32,000 nt of DNA. It comes from Prevotella phage Lak-C1. Below are positions 1-14,929 of this stretch, one piece after another. The stretch lies in the sequence record MK250029.1; one strand, 5' to 3'. Position 1 is the stretch's first letter. Each line of letters opens with the position of its first letter. Both the position numbers and the translations under genes were made by a program. Below the pieces are notes generated by a model. That model was not told where the DNA came from, made no database searches, and saw only the letters and a list, made by a program, of their open reading frames with translations.

Positions 1-2220
1 ATGCGAAAAACGATTGCATAGCAAACTAATGAACTTTCATTATTATCCGCTATGCAAAGATCATTAACAACAAATGATACTTTTGTTACTTATGAATATC
101 AAGATACATAGGGAACGAATTCAAGATATTAGTTACCAAGTTATGCATCTATTGTTAATAGATTAAAATCTGTTGAAGAATCTCTTAATACAATTTCAAC
201 TGGTAAAGGTACAATTAACCTTAATGACGGTTCAAGAAGAACAATTAAATTAAGTTCAATACCAAAAACACCAGATTAGATAAACGGCTTACAGGATCCG
301 TCTACATTTAAATTAGATACAAATTGGTTTTTTGAAGATTTAATGTTTCCTGGTTTAACAGTTGATATTGACTTAACAGGTTAGATTGATGATGATGCCG
401 ATAGAGTTAAAGTTGTTAGAGTTATTCTTAATTCTAATGATGATGCAGCAACAACATTATGGAATAATCAAATATCTACAACAACATATGATTATCTTTC
501 ATTAAAATCATTATTAGCAAACAGTAATATTTCTTATTCAGAAGATGAAGAAATTGTATAGTTACCTTTAGTAAGAAATACAAAATCTGGAACATTTTAG
601 ATTATACAAGATCCTGATATTATTAACGGAAATGTATGGTATACATTAGACAGTATAACATATTCTACTATTTCAAGTGAAGGTATTGATTAGGGAAAGA
701 ATAATATATTATCTATTGGCGATTAGTTATCATACAGTGATTCTATTTTTGAAATTATTGCAATTAATTAGAACTCAAGTAAAGTCAGATTAAAACGAAT
801 TGTAGGAGCAGCATTACCAGGTGTTTATGCAACTCTTAACTATTATGAAGATCCGTTTAGAAGTAAAATAATTTCAGTAAGAGTAGGTGCAAATGAATAT
901 GATATTATATATGTAAAAGGAATTTCTGAAGCATATAACTTATAGGCAAATACATGGTCAACACCAGTAAGAGTAGATACAAATAATCTTTTATATGAAG
1001 ATAGTAACGGTAATGTTACATCAACGTCATTAACAGAATATTACAGTAATTATGTAGTTGACTGGGGTGCAAAGATGATAGATGAAGCGAAAGAAAGAAC
1101 AGTTACTGCATGGAGTGGACAGAAACCAAATGCACCTACATTATCTGAATCAGATATGAGAGTCGTTCAGGTTAATACACAGATTAATGCAGCAATTGAT
1201 ACAACAACGATTAAGAATACTGCTGCACTTATAGCAGATGATAAGACAAAGATAGATAGTCTTAAATCAGCCATAGCGGACCTCAAATCTGAATTATAGA
1301 ATATTACTAACATCAGTGATTATAACGCGAAACAGGAGCAAATAAACACGCAAACATTAGAGTTATAGAATGCTCAGTCAAGTTATTCAAGTAATGTATC
1401 TGCTTTTTAGTCAGAAGTAAGATCTAATGGTGCTTTATTAACTGATCCTAAATATAGAATCAGAGGGTTCTTCTCTGTACCAGTATAGAAAACACGTATT
1501 GGAAATTCTGGTTTATAGGAAGAAATTATAGGTTTTGATATTGCTTACCGTTATGTGAAAGAAGATAATACACCAGTATTATTAAATACATTCACTTATA
1601 ATGATTAGAATACAGGATCAAGTGTTACAGGTACTTTTTCTGATTGGAATATTTCATAGTCTTAGATGAAAACAAAAGTAAATGACGGTAATGGATATAA
1701 GTGGGTAGTAGAAAATGTTGCAGATTCTACAGAAGTAAATATTAATCAGATTGATATACCTATACAGAAAGGTGAACGTGTAGAAATAAAAGTAAGATCT
1801 ATATCAGAAGCTGGTTATCCATCAAATCCTTTAAGATCAGATTGGTCTAATTCTATCATTATATCATTTCCTGATAATCTTTCATCAACTAATGAAATTG
1901 CAGATTTAATTAAAGATGTTAATGATGACGCATTAACTATTGCTATTAATAATACATTAAGTTCATCTGGTGTAACATCACATTTAGATGATACAATACC
2001 AAACAGTAATTCTGTTAATGGTTTGTATTTTAAACATATTGCAAAGAATATTGCATATGAAAATACAGATGAATCAACAGGAACAAAAGTTATTACTTCT
2101 ATATCATTGTAGGATAAAGTAGATTCTATTGATAAAGAATTTGATAATGTCGGATATTTGGGTGATATTGCAAGTATTAATTACATTAATTATGATATTA
2201 GTGTATCAGAAGATGAATAA
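1..2220 (+). CDS. Phage virion/fibre-like structural protein, 739 aa, TAG read as Gln (MRKTIAQQTNELSLLSAMQRSLTTNDTFVTYEYQDTQGTNSRYQLPSYASIVNRLKSVEE...); may extend upstream of the window
   Basis: Frame 1 is open from base 1 to TAA at 2218-2220 if TAG is sense. It joins track ORFs 1075-1299 and 1666-2112. About 20 in-frame TAGs (e.g. 19, 109, 130, 277, 382, 559, 598, 691, 724, 769, 943, 1297) and no in-frame TAA/TGA were found. It has a central coiled-coil-like segment and a C-terminal segment 'RVEIKVRSISEAGYPSNPLRSDWSNSIIISFP' resembling an FN3-like module. Confidence 0.85.
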
Positions 2221-2240
2221 TATAAAAATAATATAAAATT

Positions 2241-2281
2241 AAAGAGATATTACATAATTTAAAAAGTAATATCTCTTTTTT
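2241..2281 (+). terminator. Rho-independent terminator-like hairpin between two structural genes
   Basis: AAAGAGATATTAC (2241-2253), 12-nt loop, GTAATATCTCTTT (2266-2278): perfect 13-bp stem followed by a T-tract, 20 nt after the TAA at 2220. Confidence 0.8.
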
Positions 2282-2322
2282 CATCTAATAAATAATGAAA
2301 CGAATTTGATTTAAGGATACAA

Positions 2323-5300
2323 ATGGCAAAAGAAAAGAAATATTTATTTAAATTAACACCTAATAAAAAAGATGTTGTTATTAATACATCTGTTTTATTG
2401 AATGGTTATGAAGATGTTGAATATCCTATTCCTATTATGGATACGGAAAAATTGGGATATGTATATGATCCAACAACATTTTAGTTTAAAGATAAAGAAC
2501 ATATAAAAGTTGATTATCCATATCCAGTACGTATGGAAATGGATGTATATTTTGAAAATTTACCTTTTTATGGTCTTAATAATGCATATAGTACAAATAA
2601 AATAAGATATAATGAAATAAAACCATTAAATTCAAATGGTGCAGATATATTTGCAAGTAATCCAGATTTATATAATTATTATTTTTGGTAGAATGCAACA
2701 TATGATGAAGGTATATTTATAAATGCAAGAGATAATAGAGATACTAATTATGATTATACATTGGCAAATTATAAAATAACTGTTAGAATTTATTGGAGTG
2801 ACAATAAATCACATATAGACAACGATTATATAAGTAACGGAACAGTAGAATCAAAAGAAAATGGTTGGAGAAAAAAAATTAGTAATGCAAATACTTATCC
2901 ATTTGTTCTTAGACTTGTACCTGAATTATATAATATTAAAAACTCAGAAAATATAGTTGATAAAAATAATTCTAAAGAATTATTATTACCAAACTTATTA
3001 CCAAACTTAGAACCAAATACTGATGGAAAAGGTCAGGATAAAAATCATAAGAATATATTTAATGTACCAGATAATTTTACAATGGAAGAAAGAAATATTG
3101 TAAAATTTAAAATAGATGCAACATTTACAGATCCTAAATCATTAATATCAGTTAGTGCATATAAAGAAGTAACGGTAAAACAAGATGCATATATAGGTTA
3201 TAAGAAAAAATATACATATGTTAAATTTATTGATTATAAACCTGTTGATATTTGGTCTCCTACTGTATATGCTAGTTATAATAAAGATAGAAATATTACA
3301 TATAAAATAGATAAAGATACAAAATAGGATTATTACGCGTTTTATGTTAACGGATCTGTTGATACTAGCTTATATAATAAACAAGAAAATAAAAAGAAAT
3401 ATTTTCCTGATGAAAAAATATATTTTAACGGTGCAGTAGATATAATAGATATAGATAAAAATAAAAAACAAATAGTTGGTTCTAATTATTTTAAGTTAGA
3501 TACATTTATAATAGATAATTATTGTATGAATACATTAGAAGATTCATCTATTATAGATACGAGTATATTAAGTGATATTGATGAAAGTACATTTGCAACT
3601 AGATACAATTTATGTTCTTCTATAGCTAAACAGTTAGGTGATTTTTATGATCCAAGTACATATAATACAGGTAATGAAGATTCTATTAAATATGATTCAA
3701 GTAAATATAATACTCCATATTCATTTTCATAGATAAATTTAATGGATACTTCAGCATATGGTGACGTAAGTCTTAATATAACTAAAACAAAAAAAGACAA
3801 AAATAAAATTATACAAATTACATATGATTCATCATATAGAGCAGTATACCAAAAATATTATATTAACAATAAAAATTATTATCCTATAAATGCTTCATTT
3901 ATAACAGTTAATAAAAAAACAATTCCAATATTAGATAATAACTATATTGATAGTTCACTTGATTATGATATTAGTGCTATATATTATAGAGATAAAAATA
4001 TGCTAGTAAAACCGTTAGATGGTTCAAGTTTAATTTACAACTATAAGGTTATTCAAGATGAAGAAGGACATAGTATAGAAACTAAATACTGTATTAATTC
4101 ATTATTAAATAATGATATAAATGTACAAATTCCTAGATATGGTATATATCCTGTATTTTCTGGATACATTGGATTTGATACATCTGTATATGATTATTAG
4201 AATAAAGATGAAGTTGAATATGAATATCGTGATAATTCAACTGATATTATTTATGATTTAATGTATAGAAAAAATGGATTATTAACTATTAATAAAAAAT
4301 CTAATTTTATTACAGATAAAATTGATATTAATATCAATAAAGATAAATTCAATGAAGCAGTAATTAGTCAAGATAATTTATTTAATGATATTGCTACAAA
4401 TATAAATGGTACAATAATAAACAATAATAAACTTAATAATTTATATGGTAATACAAAATATAATGATTATTTATATGCAGCATCAAATATAAGTAATACA
4501 TATAAATATGAGATTAAAATCAATAATAATGATGTTAGTAATTATTTACGTATTAATGGTGTTAAATAGAGTGATTTAACTAATGGTACATTATTATCTA
4601 ATGTTGAGCCAGGTATATTTACATTAAGCTTAGATGATGATTATCCAAAAGAAATATCTGATAGTATAAATTTAACAATTAAACATAAAGACGGTGATGA
4701 GATAACAGGTGAATTATTAATTACAAATGATGAAAATGAAAAGCATTTAACAAATTATGATAATAAAGGATATGAACTTAATACTGAACATCATTCATCT
4801 ATGTTGTTACGTGCAAATCCAAAATTGTCAGGTAATGTTAAATTGGTAGTTGATACTGATTATAAATTATATCTTGATACATTTAAAGCAAATCCTGCAT
4901 TAAATAATAAGAATTTTAGAAAATATCCTATTTCATCAGAAGGTAATTATCCAAGAGATATAAAGAAAGTATTTAAAAATATTCCTATAAAGAATTTATT
5001 TGGACTTCCAGAAAATTCACTTAAAGCTCATAAGGTTTATAATGATTATAAAGATCAATATGAAACCATGTATGAATATGGAGCAGAAACAAATACAGAT
5101 AGTCTTTATTCTGAAAATATGAAAATACTTGCACCTCTTCATATAGGAAATGATATACCAGAATTCTTTGCAATATTTAGATATGATGATGTATTTAATG
5201 AAGAAACATATTCAGGAAAAGATATTAATGATATAGAGAAATTCAAAACATTAATTAAAGATTCTAAAGTTATTAAGACATATGATTTAAGAACAACAAC

Positions 5301-8300
5301 ATCAATTGGCCAATATCTCAATAACTATAAGAATATGTTATCTAATTATGGTCAATGCTATTTACAGTTTATAGAATAGGATTATAACTAGAATTCACCT
5401 TATTACAGACAAGGTAACAATATATGGAAAGGAATTTCAGTAGATAGAGGTATTCTTGTAAACCAGTCAGAAACAACATATTTCGGTTCTAAAATATTAA
5501 ATTCTGATATTCCTAATAAACAGGAAATGTTTAATAATTATATTATTGCCGGTTTTGAACGACATAATCTTATATATTCTAATATTATAAATCTTGAATT
5601 TATGTTTAATGATGATGACATGAAAGAATATTCAATGCATCGTTATTTCGGTTTATATTTAACTGCTAATGATTTTATTAATTATGGTTATATTGTATCA
5701 TCTAAAAATAATACAGGAAATACGGTATTGACAAAATATGATGAGCAAGGAAACATATATAAAGGTGATGAGAATATATTCAATGTAATTTTTAATAAAA
5801 ATTATTATGATAGATTATTCTTTGCAATAACTAATAATAATGTTGGTAGAATATAGACAAAAATTGATTTATAGAATTTTCTAAAAAATTATGTTACTAA
5901 TACACCTGATTCTAATTTAATAAGTTTAGATTCAAAAGAAATTAATATTGATAAGGAAAATGATAAAAGTTTTATGGTATTACATTTCCATAAACCTATT
6001 GAATGTGGTGAACATATTAAATTCATAGCATTAGATTATCCTATTGTTAATAAATCATTTACTAATATTGCTAATACTTATGAAACGAATTAGTTAACAA
6101 CAGAACATATTGTTTATGAACTTATTGCATCAAATGATGAGCGTTTATTAGAAACAGATTATAATATTAATCCATATATCGGAAAACAAAAATGTAGATA
6201 TTCTGAAAATACATATTTCTATAGAATATCTTTCTATTCACAGGATACAGAATATAATGATATAACAGCGTCATTAGATGTATAGATAAACCGTATTATC
6301 AAATGTATTGAAAAATTCAACACTGATATTATTAGAGTTCAATCATATAATGACAATAGTATTTCTATAATATCATTATATGACAGTATGTATGTATAGC
6401 ATATATTACCACCAAAGTTTGATGATTTTTCATATGATTATACGGCATATACAGGAATTAATGGTATTATTTATACTACAAATAAAGAATATACTGATAG
6501 TCTTGATTTCTTACCACATAAAGAAATTAAACATATTGAAAATAATTCATTAGCGCATGATGATGAAAATGATTGGATAACATTTGATGATAAAAATGAG
6601 TTGAAAAAATATGTTAATGATTCATCTATTTGTTGGCATTGCTATGTAGAGAGTGAAGATATTAATAATATAAAATCTGATACGATTTCATATTTTAATA
6701 ATAATATGACATATGAAATGCATGCATTGACAAATCAATCAGATTTCTTTGATAATTATTATTGTGCATTTTCAAATTATTCATTTGAAACATTAGGATG
6801 GAGATATAACAATATAGTTAAATTCGAACCTACAAAAAAATTAAATTATACATATCAGATTAATACCGATATAGCAGATTTAATTAATAAAGTTAAATAT
6901 CCTTTAGTATATAATGTAAACGGTATTTATGATACAGTAAATACATTTAATATTATAAATGGTTATTTAAGAAATAATATATTCGAAACAGATCTTTATA
7001 AAAACTATACTATAAATGATCAACAGCAAATAATTGATACTGTATAGAATGTATGTGTTATTACAAACCCATATGATGTTGATACTTGTATGATTTCTAC
7101 TATAAATGAATCTTTATTAATTACTAATAAAATACATTTATATAAACCTACAGCAGTTTCTATTTCTATTATGGGTATTACGAATATCAAGGATATTGAT
7201 ACAACAATAGATTTAAACAGAACATTACATAATGAAGATAATCTTATTATCAATATACCTGCAGGAACTTCTATTGCAACAGATGAAAGTGATTATAGAA
7301 TACAGTACGGTATTATGTATGAAGTTATAAATGGTAGATTGAAATTTAATAAAGGTAATGCTCAAAAAGGATCAAAATTCTTAGTAACACCTAAAAATAT
7401 CTATATTAGTACTACTGCTAATTAGATGACAAAAACAACACCTTATATATCATTTGTTGATAATACAGTATTGAAGATAGTTGATAAGTAGAAATATCAG
7501 ACATATAATTATGATACAGAAATTCCAGAATTAAAATCAACTAATTATTTTGCAAATCCAAAAAATACAAATAACAGCGAATTATTATGGCCTATTGTTC
7601 CATTAACACAATGTTTATGGAAATCAAACGGGCAATATTATGATAATAATAACATATTGGATGTTAATACATTAAATGAAAAATATGGAGTAAAAGGTAA
7701 TTTCTGTGAAAATATTTATACAGCATCAGATTATGATACAAATCAATATGTAACTAATAAGATAGATAATATATTATATATCAATAATGAATCTACAACA
7801 TATAAAGAAAGTATATTAAACGGTTCTGTATAGCATTCTATTAAAAAATTATTAATTGATAATGCGAATATAGACACTGCTTCAGTATATTATAATTCAA
7901 ATATAAAGAGTCTTGAATTTATATTTTCTGGAATTAAATTTAATATTAAGTTAAATACAAAAATCGTTAATAGTTATATTCATCTTGAAGATTATTCAGG
8001 TTTTGAAGCATTCGTATTAACTGATTATGATTTAACAAAATCTAATGAACTTTATATTTCATTAAAAGAAAGATTTATATTATTGATAAACCATTAGTTC
8101 TATATTGATTATCAGCATGAGGGTACAAATAATATAAAGAATTTAACAGATGGTGAATATTAGAGTTATGCAGATTATGCAGTATTAAATTCACCATATG
8201 ATATTGATTTCAAAACAGTTGTTTCAACAAGTAATAGTATATTATCACATAAGAGAAATAATTTCCATAAAAAATTATTAAGTATTATTGATAGACATAA

Positions 8301-9867
8301 TATGTGGAGTTCATTATTTGTATAGTATGATATTCCTAATGTTACTATGATTGAAAATAAAGTTGATTTAAATAAACCGTAGTTTGTAACATATTCTGTA
8401 GAAGATACTATTGATTGTAATGAATATGTTTCAGTTAATAATGTATACGATCGAGGATTATTATATAATAGCGAAACTGGTTTTATTGTTGATATACCAA
8501 CAAATACAAGTTCATTAGATATTATTTCATCTGATAGTCATTCTTATGTTATAACAAAAGCTGATGGTGATTATAATCATACAGCAAAACAGATATTAGA
8601 ACGTGTTATTAATTTAACTACATTAAAAGAAAATTCTACAGCACAATTATTAAATATATCTAATGTATTGTATCCTAAGAAAATTTCATTGAATGAAACA
8701 AAATTAGCAGCAACTATAAATAAAACTTATTATAATCCAACATAGTTAAAATTATCTAATATTCTTAATAGTAATCAATTTATTATGGCATATAAAGATA
8801 AGACAACTGGTTTATTAAATAGAACGAAATTAATGACAGGTAATAATCTTGTATAGTTTAAAAAGTATATTACTAAATTGATAACTACAGAATCATCAAA
8901 AGATAAATTATTACGATATGTAAATTCATTTACAAATGATGTAGATGTATATATTATCCCGGATAATTCTGAAGTAAAACATATATAGAATACAGAGGAA
9001 TATAATCCGTTAATATTTACATTATCAATACCTAATCAGATTAAGTTTAATTATGGTTGGTTTACACCTAATACAAATAATATGTTTGATTTTTATGTAG
9101 ATGATGAATTAAAAGATATTCTTAATGTTGATTTATTATAGTCAAATACAAAATTAAAATCAATTAACAGAATTAAGAATTATACTGGTAATAAAGTTTT
9201 TGAGGATACAAAATTACAGAAGTTAAATAAGAATTATTATTTAATAAATGAAAGATCATTATTAAGTGCTACATGGGATAATAATTATTATAGAAAATAT
9301 ACTTCAGAAAATGAGTATACAAGTATTGACGGACATAAAACTGGTATTGATGATAAGTCATTCTTTGGTTCTCATTGTATGGTAATTCATAATGAATATA
9401 TATTGCTTAATACATGGTCATACCCAACAGCAAATGATATTTTAACTGTTAATTTCTCAGATGCTTCATTTAACATGTCAGATAATAATTAGAGAACTAC
9501 AACGATAACTATTAATATATCTTCTGCGATATTTAATCATTTCATAAATAATAATCAGTTTAATGAAAACTGGATATATTTTAAAGATTCACAATATACA
9601 GGTTAGAAGAATTATATTAATAATACATTATCTGTTTATTACAATGATAAATCAAAAATAGAAGTTGAACTATTCTCAAAAGATACTGAACCAAATTCAG
9701 TTATAAATATAGTAACAGAAAAACCAGATAATTTAAGTACATATAATAAGTATGAAAATTATTCAACTAAATTTGAAATGAAAGAGAATTTAAATACATT
9801 AACTATTGTACTGAATGAAACAACTGGTAAGAATATATATCCAACTGTTAAAATTTATAAACGATAA
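2323..9867 (+). CDS. Giant phage structural protein, 2514 aa, TAG read as Gln (MAKEKKYLFKLTPNKKDVVINTSVLLNGYEDVEYPIPIMD...)
   Basis: Single frame-1 ORF from ATG 2323 to TAA 9865-9867 once TAG is sense. It merges eight track fragments (2761, 3526, 3742, 4261, 4801, 5527, 6601, 7090), all in frame 1. Parts of the 7426-9867 gap were read directly and stayed open apart from TAG. Confidence 0.88.
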
Positions 9868-9872
9868 AAAGT

Positions 9873-11015
9873 ATGCAGATTTCTTAGAGATTTCATAATG
9901 ATACATATGCACCTGGTATTGCCACATATGGTATACAGGGTAAAGATGGCGAACAAGGTACACCAGGAACGAGTTTATTCTTCAGTGAATACTCGCTTTC
10001 TGGTGAACCTGATAATTCTAGTGAATATCGCGAGTTTGCCAGCAAAATTACATCTAGAATGTTACCAGTAAAACATAAAGAAATATAGTTAAAGAGAAAA
10101 TACGTAAATGGTGATCAGTTTGTAGATCCATCTGGTCAAGTATATCTTTTGAAAGATATAAATCAATTAATAATAGATATAAATAATGGAACTAATCTAG
10201 AATAGGGTATATTAGAATATATAGGAAAATTCAATTCTATAAAAAATTCTGATATATTCAATGATAACTCAAATTCTGGTATTCTTAGAGCACATAAATT
10301 TATTATATCAGATGATAGCAAAACAGCGACAGGTAGCGGATTATTAACAGTTTCTCATACAACTAAAGATACAGATAATGATATTAATTTTATTAATTTA
10401 GAATCATTATATAGTGGTCAACATGATATGAATTTGGATATTAAATTTAGCAAAAAATATAATGGATTCATGATAAGTTCAAAATATCCAATTTATTTAA
10501 ATGCTAATGTATATACTAAATTTAATGATTCAAATAATTCAAATAATGAATATTCACCTGTTTATACAACAGCAGATAATAAATCGAAAACAATTACAGA
10601 TTATATAGCATCTGCAAAAGATTTATCATGTACATTAGATGCATCTATATATAGTTATACTAAAAAAGACGCATCTGTTATATATTATGGTGTTGTTTAT
10701 AAAATATCATTTGGACATGTTAATAATGGAAAAGAAACAAATATGTGGAATGATTTTGTCAATACATATGGTAGTGGAAATACAGTAATTCATTTTCAAA
10801 ATAAAGAATATTCTGATTTTACAACTATAATACCATCAATTATGGATTATAATTTTAGATAGGATTATGATTATGTAAAATTAAATGATTTAATCAATAA
10901 AGTACAATATACTGATTTACCAAATATTGCAATATCTGTAATTAATGGTATAGAAGCATATGTTACTATTAAAGATAAAAATATTTCAGGTATAGGAAAA
11001 AGAACAACTAATTAA
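9873..11015 (+). CDS. Collagen-like-tipped virion/fibre protein, 380 aa (MQISQRFHNDTYAPGIATYGIQGKDGEQGTPGTSLFFSEYSLSGEP...)
   Basis: ATG 9873 to TAA 11013-11015 in frame 3 with TAG sense; contains track ORF 10428-10862. Short N-terminal Gly-X-Y run GIQGKDGEQGTPGTS. Lies 5 nt downstream of the preceding stop. Confidence 0.82.
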
Positions 11016-11017
11016 AA

Positions 11018-14000
11018 ATGAGTAATATATATAAACATGGATTACCGGGAATAGGTGTAACAGGTTAGCAGGGAAAACAAGGTAAATCAGGAAATTCTAT
11101 ATATTTTGGTACATTTGATTCTTTTTTTAAATATATTGATACAAGTACATTAAGTTCTATTGATTATGATGATAAAGATTATGATATAACATATGCTAAA
11201 GATGAATATCGATTAGATCCAAAATATAATGAAGGTGATTTACTTTATATATTAAATAGCAGTTTAAAAGATTCTTCTATTGATTGTGTAATAGAAATTA
11301 CAGAAGATTTGACAACATGTACATCTACATAGTTAGCAAATAAAATAACATATAAAAATCCATTTACTGTGAATAAGAGTAAATTTAATAGATTAAATAT
11401 TGTTGGTAGTAGGAATAATAAAGATCATTCTATAAAACATGGTATGTTTATGGCTAATGAATTATATAATAATTATCCTATAAATGTTACATATGTAGTA
11501 GATAGTATTAATAGTAAACCGGTAAAAGTCGAAGATTTAAATGATCCAAGTATTGATGTTGCTGATGAACCTTTTATTATTCCTGAAAGATATTTAAATA
11601 CAGAAGAAACACATTTATATCTTAATAATGGTAGGGAGATTAATAAGTATACATAGAAATTGAATACAAATAAAGGAGAAGTATTATTAAATTTAAATTC
11701 TAGTTCGCACTTATTAGAAATATAGTCATATTTAAATTCTAATATGTCAATATATATAGATAATACTAATATATCAGATCCTCTTGATCCTTCCGATGCG
11801 TCTAGAAATTTATATATTGATAATTTATATGTTAGAAATAATAATAAAGGTAATATTGAAGCATTAAATACATTATATAATAATGATTTGGTTTTAAATT
11901 CATATGGAAATTGTTATACATTAACAGAAGATAATTATGATTCCAGTACATAGTCGTTTACTATGAATATTGATGATTTCTTTAATAATATAGATGTTTC
12001 TAAAGATGATTATGTATATGGTTATATTCATATGTATTATAATTATAATGATATGAATAATAAAAATTCTGGAGTTCGCGCGCGTTATTATTCTAATTAT
12101 ATAAAAGGAACATTTAAAGATACCGTGTTATCTAAAGTACGTGTTCCAAAAACAGATAATAATGGAAATTATATAAGAAATTATAACGACACAAGTTATA
12201 AAAATGTAACATCTTCAGAAATTAAGCAAGTTCTTATTAATACATGGGATACATCTACATTAGAAAATGTACGGACTTTATTACCAGAAACTGTAAATGA
12301 AGCTACATTTAATATATATAAAGATGTAAAAGGTATTATTCAAACAGAAGAAGTAGAACAGTATAAAGTATATGATAAAGTTATAGATGTAAGTAGCGGA
12401 TATTATTATAAGAAATATCATATAGATTCATCTATTTTTATATATGATGGAAGTAATAATTTATAGGCTAATGCAAAATTTAATGATTATTTTGATACAA
12501 GTTATTATTCTGGTATTGATACAAAATAGTTCGATTATTCAGATTCTTCTGTATTGAAAATATCATTAGATATAACTGATAATGATTCATAGAAATATAG
12601 ACATCATATTATACAGCAATATATTGGTAATAAATACGGTATAAAATATTTTAGTAAATTAACATACGCAGATTTTAATTATCAGACATCTGAATTTGAT
12701 ATAGATGCATCATTTGTTTAGGTAAATAATAGAGATTTAAATAGGACTTTAAATTATGATGATGTTTTTGATATTACTATTGATAATAATGTTATGTCAT
12801 TAGAATTTAAAGATAAATTAACGAAGTTATATGATCTTTATGTATATGAAAATGGTAGTAAAACTAATGTTATTTTAAATGAAAATACAGGTATATATCA
12901 AGTAAAGAATATAGTTGTATCAAAACAAGATATTCAAACTGATGTTATTAATAAAATAAACGATGATAAATTCTTAAAATGCATATATGATGGTAGTGTT
13001 ATAAGTATACCTAATACAGAAATATTATATACAATTAAATATAATACAATAGACGATAATACAGATTATACTATTGATGAATCTACAAATCATGATAAAA
13101 TAGTGTATAATAATATGGTTACATATAATAGAGTATTAAAGGGCTATACAGAAAAACGAACAATTCCAGAAATTAAAATGAATTTTTATAATGATTTAGA
13201 ATCATTAGAAAATATTAATAATTCATCAAATGGTATTTTATGTAATCAATTCCAAACTTTTATGACATTAGAAATAAATAAGTTCAGTAATGATGATTGG
13301 GGATTATATAAAGAATATTTACCAGATCCTAAATTAAGAATTTATATCAATAGAAATATATCTGATAAACCATCATTAACTGCAGATGATAATACAATAA
13401 AAGAGTGGATATTTAAATATACATTATATAAACCTGGTATTGATATTTACAATATTACTGCAAATGAACTTGATGATCAATCTATTGTTAAAGTATCATA
13501 GACAGATAAAAATGAAGAATTTTATGAATTTACTATTGATGAAGCAATGTCAGGTATATGGTATTTAAGAATATATATTGAATCACAAAATCCTGAACCA
13601 TACACATTTAATTTATAGTATACTATTGATAAAATTCAAATTATCACATCTGATAATAAACATAAACATACATTTACATTAAATGCAAAAGATATAAATA
13701 AGGATAATTTATATGAATCAAATACACTTAAATTAAGTATTGCACCTATTTCATATATAGCAGCATATTCATAGAATATATCTCCTATTTAGACAAGATA
13801 TTTACAGCATGTAAATGCAATCGGTGTAAGAAAATGGTTTGGTTCTAATGACGTTACAAATATTGCTATTATGCCATATAGATATGATGAAATATCATAG
13901 AAGAAAGTAAATAATAAAGCATATAAAATACCAAACTGGAATTCTATAACATTTAAAAATAGATATTTACAAGATAATATTAAAACATTATCAATATTCA

Positions 14001-14887
14001 CATAGAATATAAATGATATTAATAATTTATTACCAAATAAGTTATATAAAAATACATGGTTATGTGAAGATACAGATGATATAACAGAAAATTATCTTAG
14101 ACTTATATTTAATTCTAATATGTTTACACCACGTTTGTTAAATGATCAATATAGTTTTGTATATAATAATTAGCGTTTATTAGCATCATAGTATAGTCAA
14201 TTAAGTAATAATTCTGCTGTATATATTCATCAGTATAATGATATAAATTTAAGAACTGATTCATTATTGAAATCTATGATGAAATGGAATGATGAATATG
14301 AAAAATCATATCATTATGAAACGGATAATCCTTTTAGAGGACATATAGAAACATATGGAAACGGTTATCAATATTTGCCAAATTCTGCAGATAATAGTCA
14401 GTATAATCAATATATGTCATTAAAAGAAATTAAACAATAGAATGAATTACAATTCTTTGATTTAGGACTTAATAAAGTTAAAACATATGATATAAACAAA
14501 CCTGATAAGCGAGATGCATATACACCACCTGTATTATTCAATCAATTATTATATCAGGCTTCATGGTGTTATCCATATTATACAACAAATAATGAGGAAG
14601 TACAAAATTCAAAATCTAAACAATATATTAAACAATTAGATTTTGATAATGCCGTTACATTAGAAAATGGTGTTTTAGATGTAAATAAAATGCCATATAA
14701 CTTATGTTACAATATATATCCTCGAATAATGTTTAATGATGAAGAACAATATAATGTTGTCTTAATGTTAAGAAGACCTTCTGTTAAAAAAGAAGGACAA
14801 TATGAATTTAAATCAAAAGATATTCAATAGAAATTTAACATAAGTCAAATTCAATCAATAAACAAATATTTGTATCCATTAAATTAA
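11018..14887 (+). CDS. Large collagen-like-tipped virion protein, 1289 aa (MSNIYKHGLPGIGVTGQQGKQGKSGNSIYFGTFDSFF...)
   Basis: ATG 11018 to TAA 14885-14887 in frame 2 with TAG sense; merges track ORFs 11369, 11744, 11963 and 12794. N-terminal Gly-X-Y run resembles that of the preceding gene. Confidence 0.86.
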
Positions 14888-14892
14888 ATTAT

Positions 14893-14927
14893 AAAAGGAG
14901 ATTAACTAAAACTGTTAATCTCCTTTT
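14893..14927. terminator. Bidirectional terminator between convergent genes
   Basis: AAAAGGAGATTAAC (14893-14906), loop TAAAACT, GTTAATCTCCTTTT (14914-14927): perfect 14-bp stem with A-tract on one flank and T-tract on the other. It fills the gap between the plus gene ending 14887 and the minus gene ending 14930. Confidence 0.9.
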
Positions 14928-14929
14928 TA

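Noticed and set aside
5139-5321. Minus-strand 60-aa ORF in the track, and similar antisense ORFs at 7020-7253, 13789-14001 and 25392-25589
   Set aside because: They lie antisense inside long recoded genes, with compositionally biased proteins and no gene-like spacing.
12079-12088. Local GC-rich GTTCGCGCGCG patch as a regulatory element
   Set aside because: Short and falls within coding sequence where it encodes ordinary residues (GVRARYY); no supporting structure.
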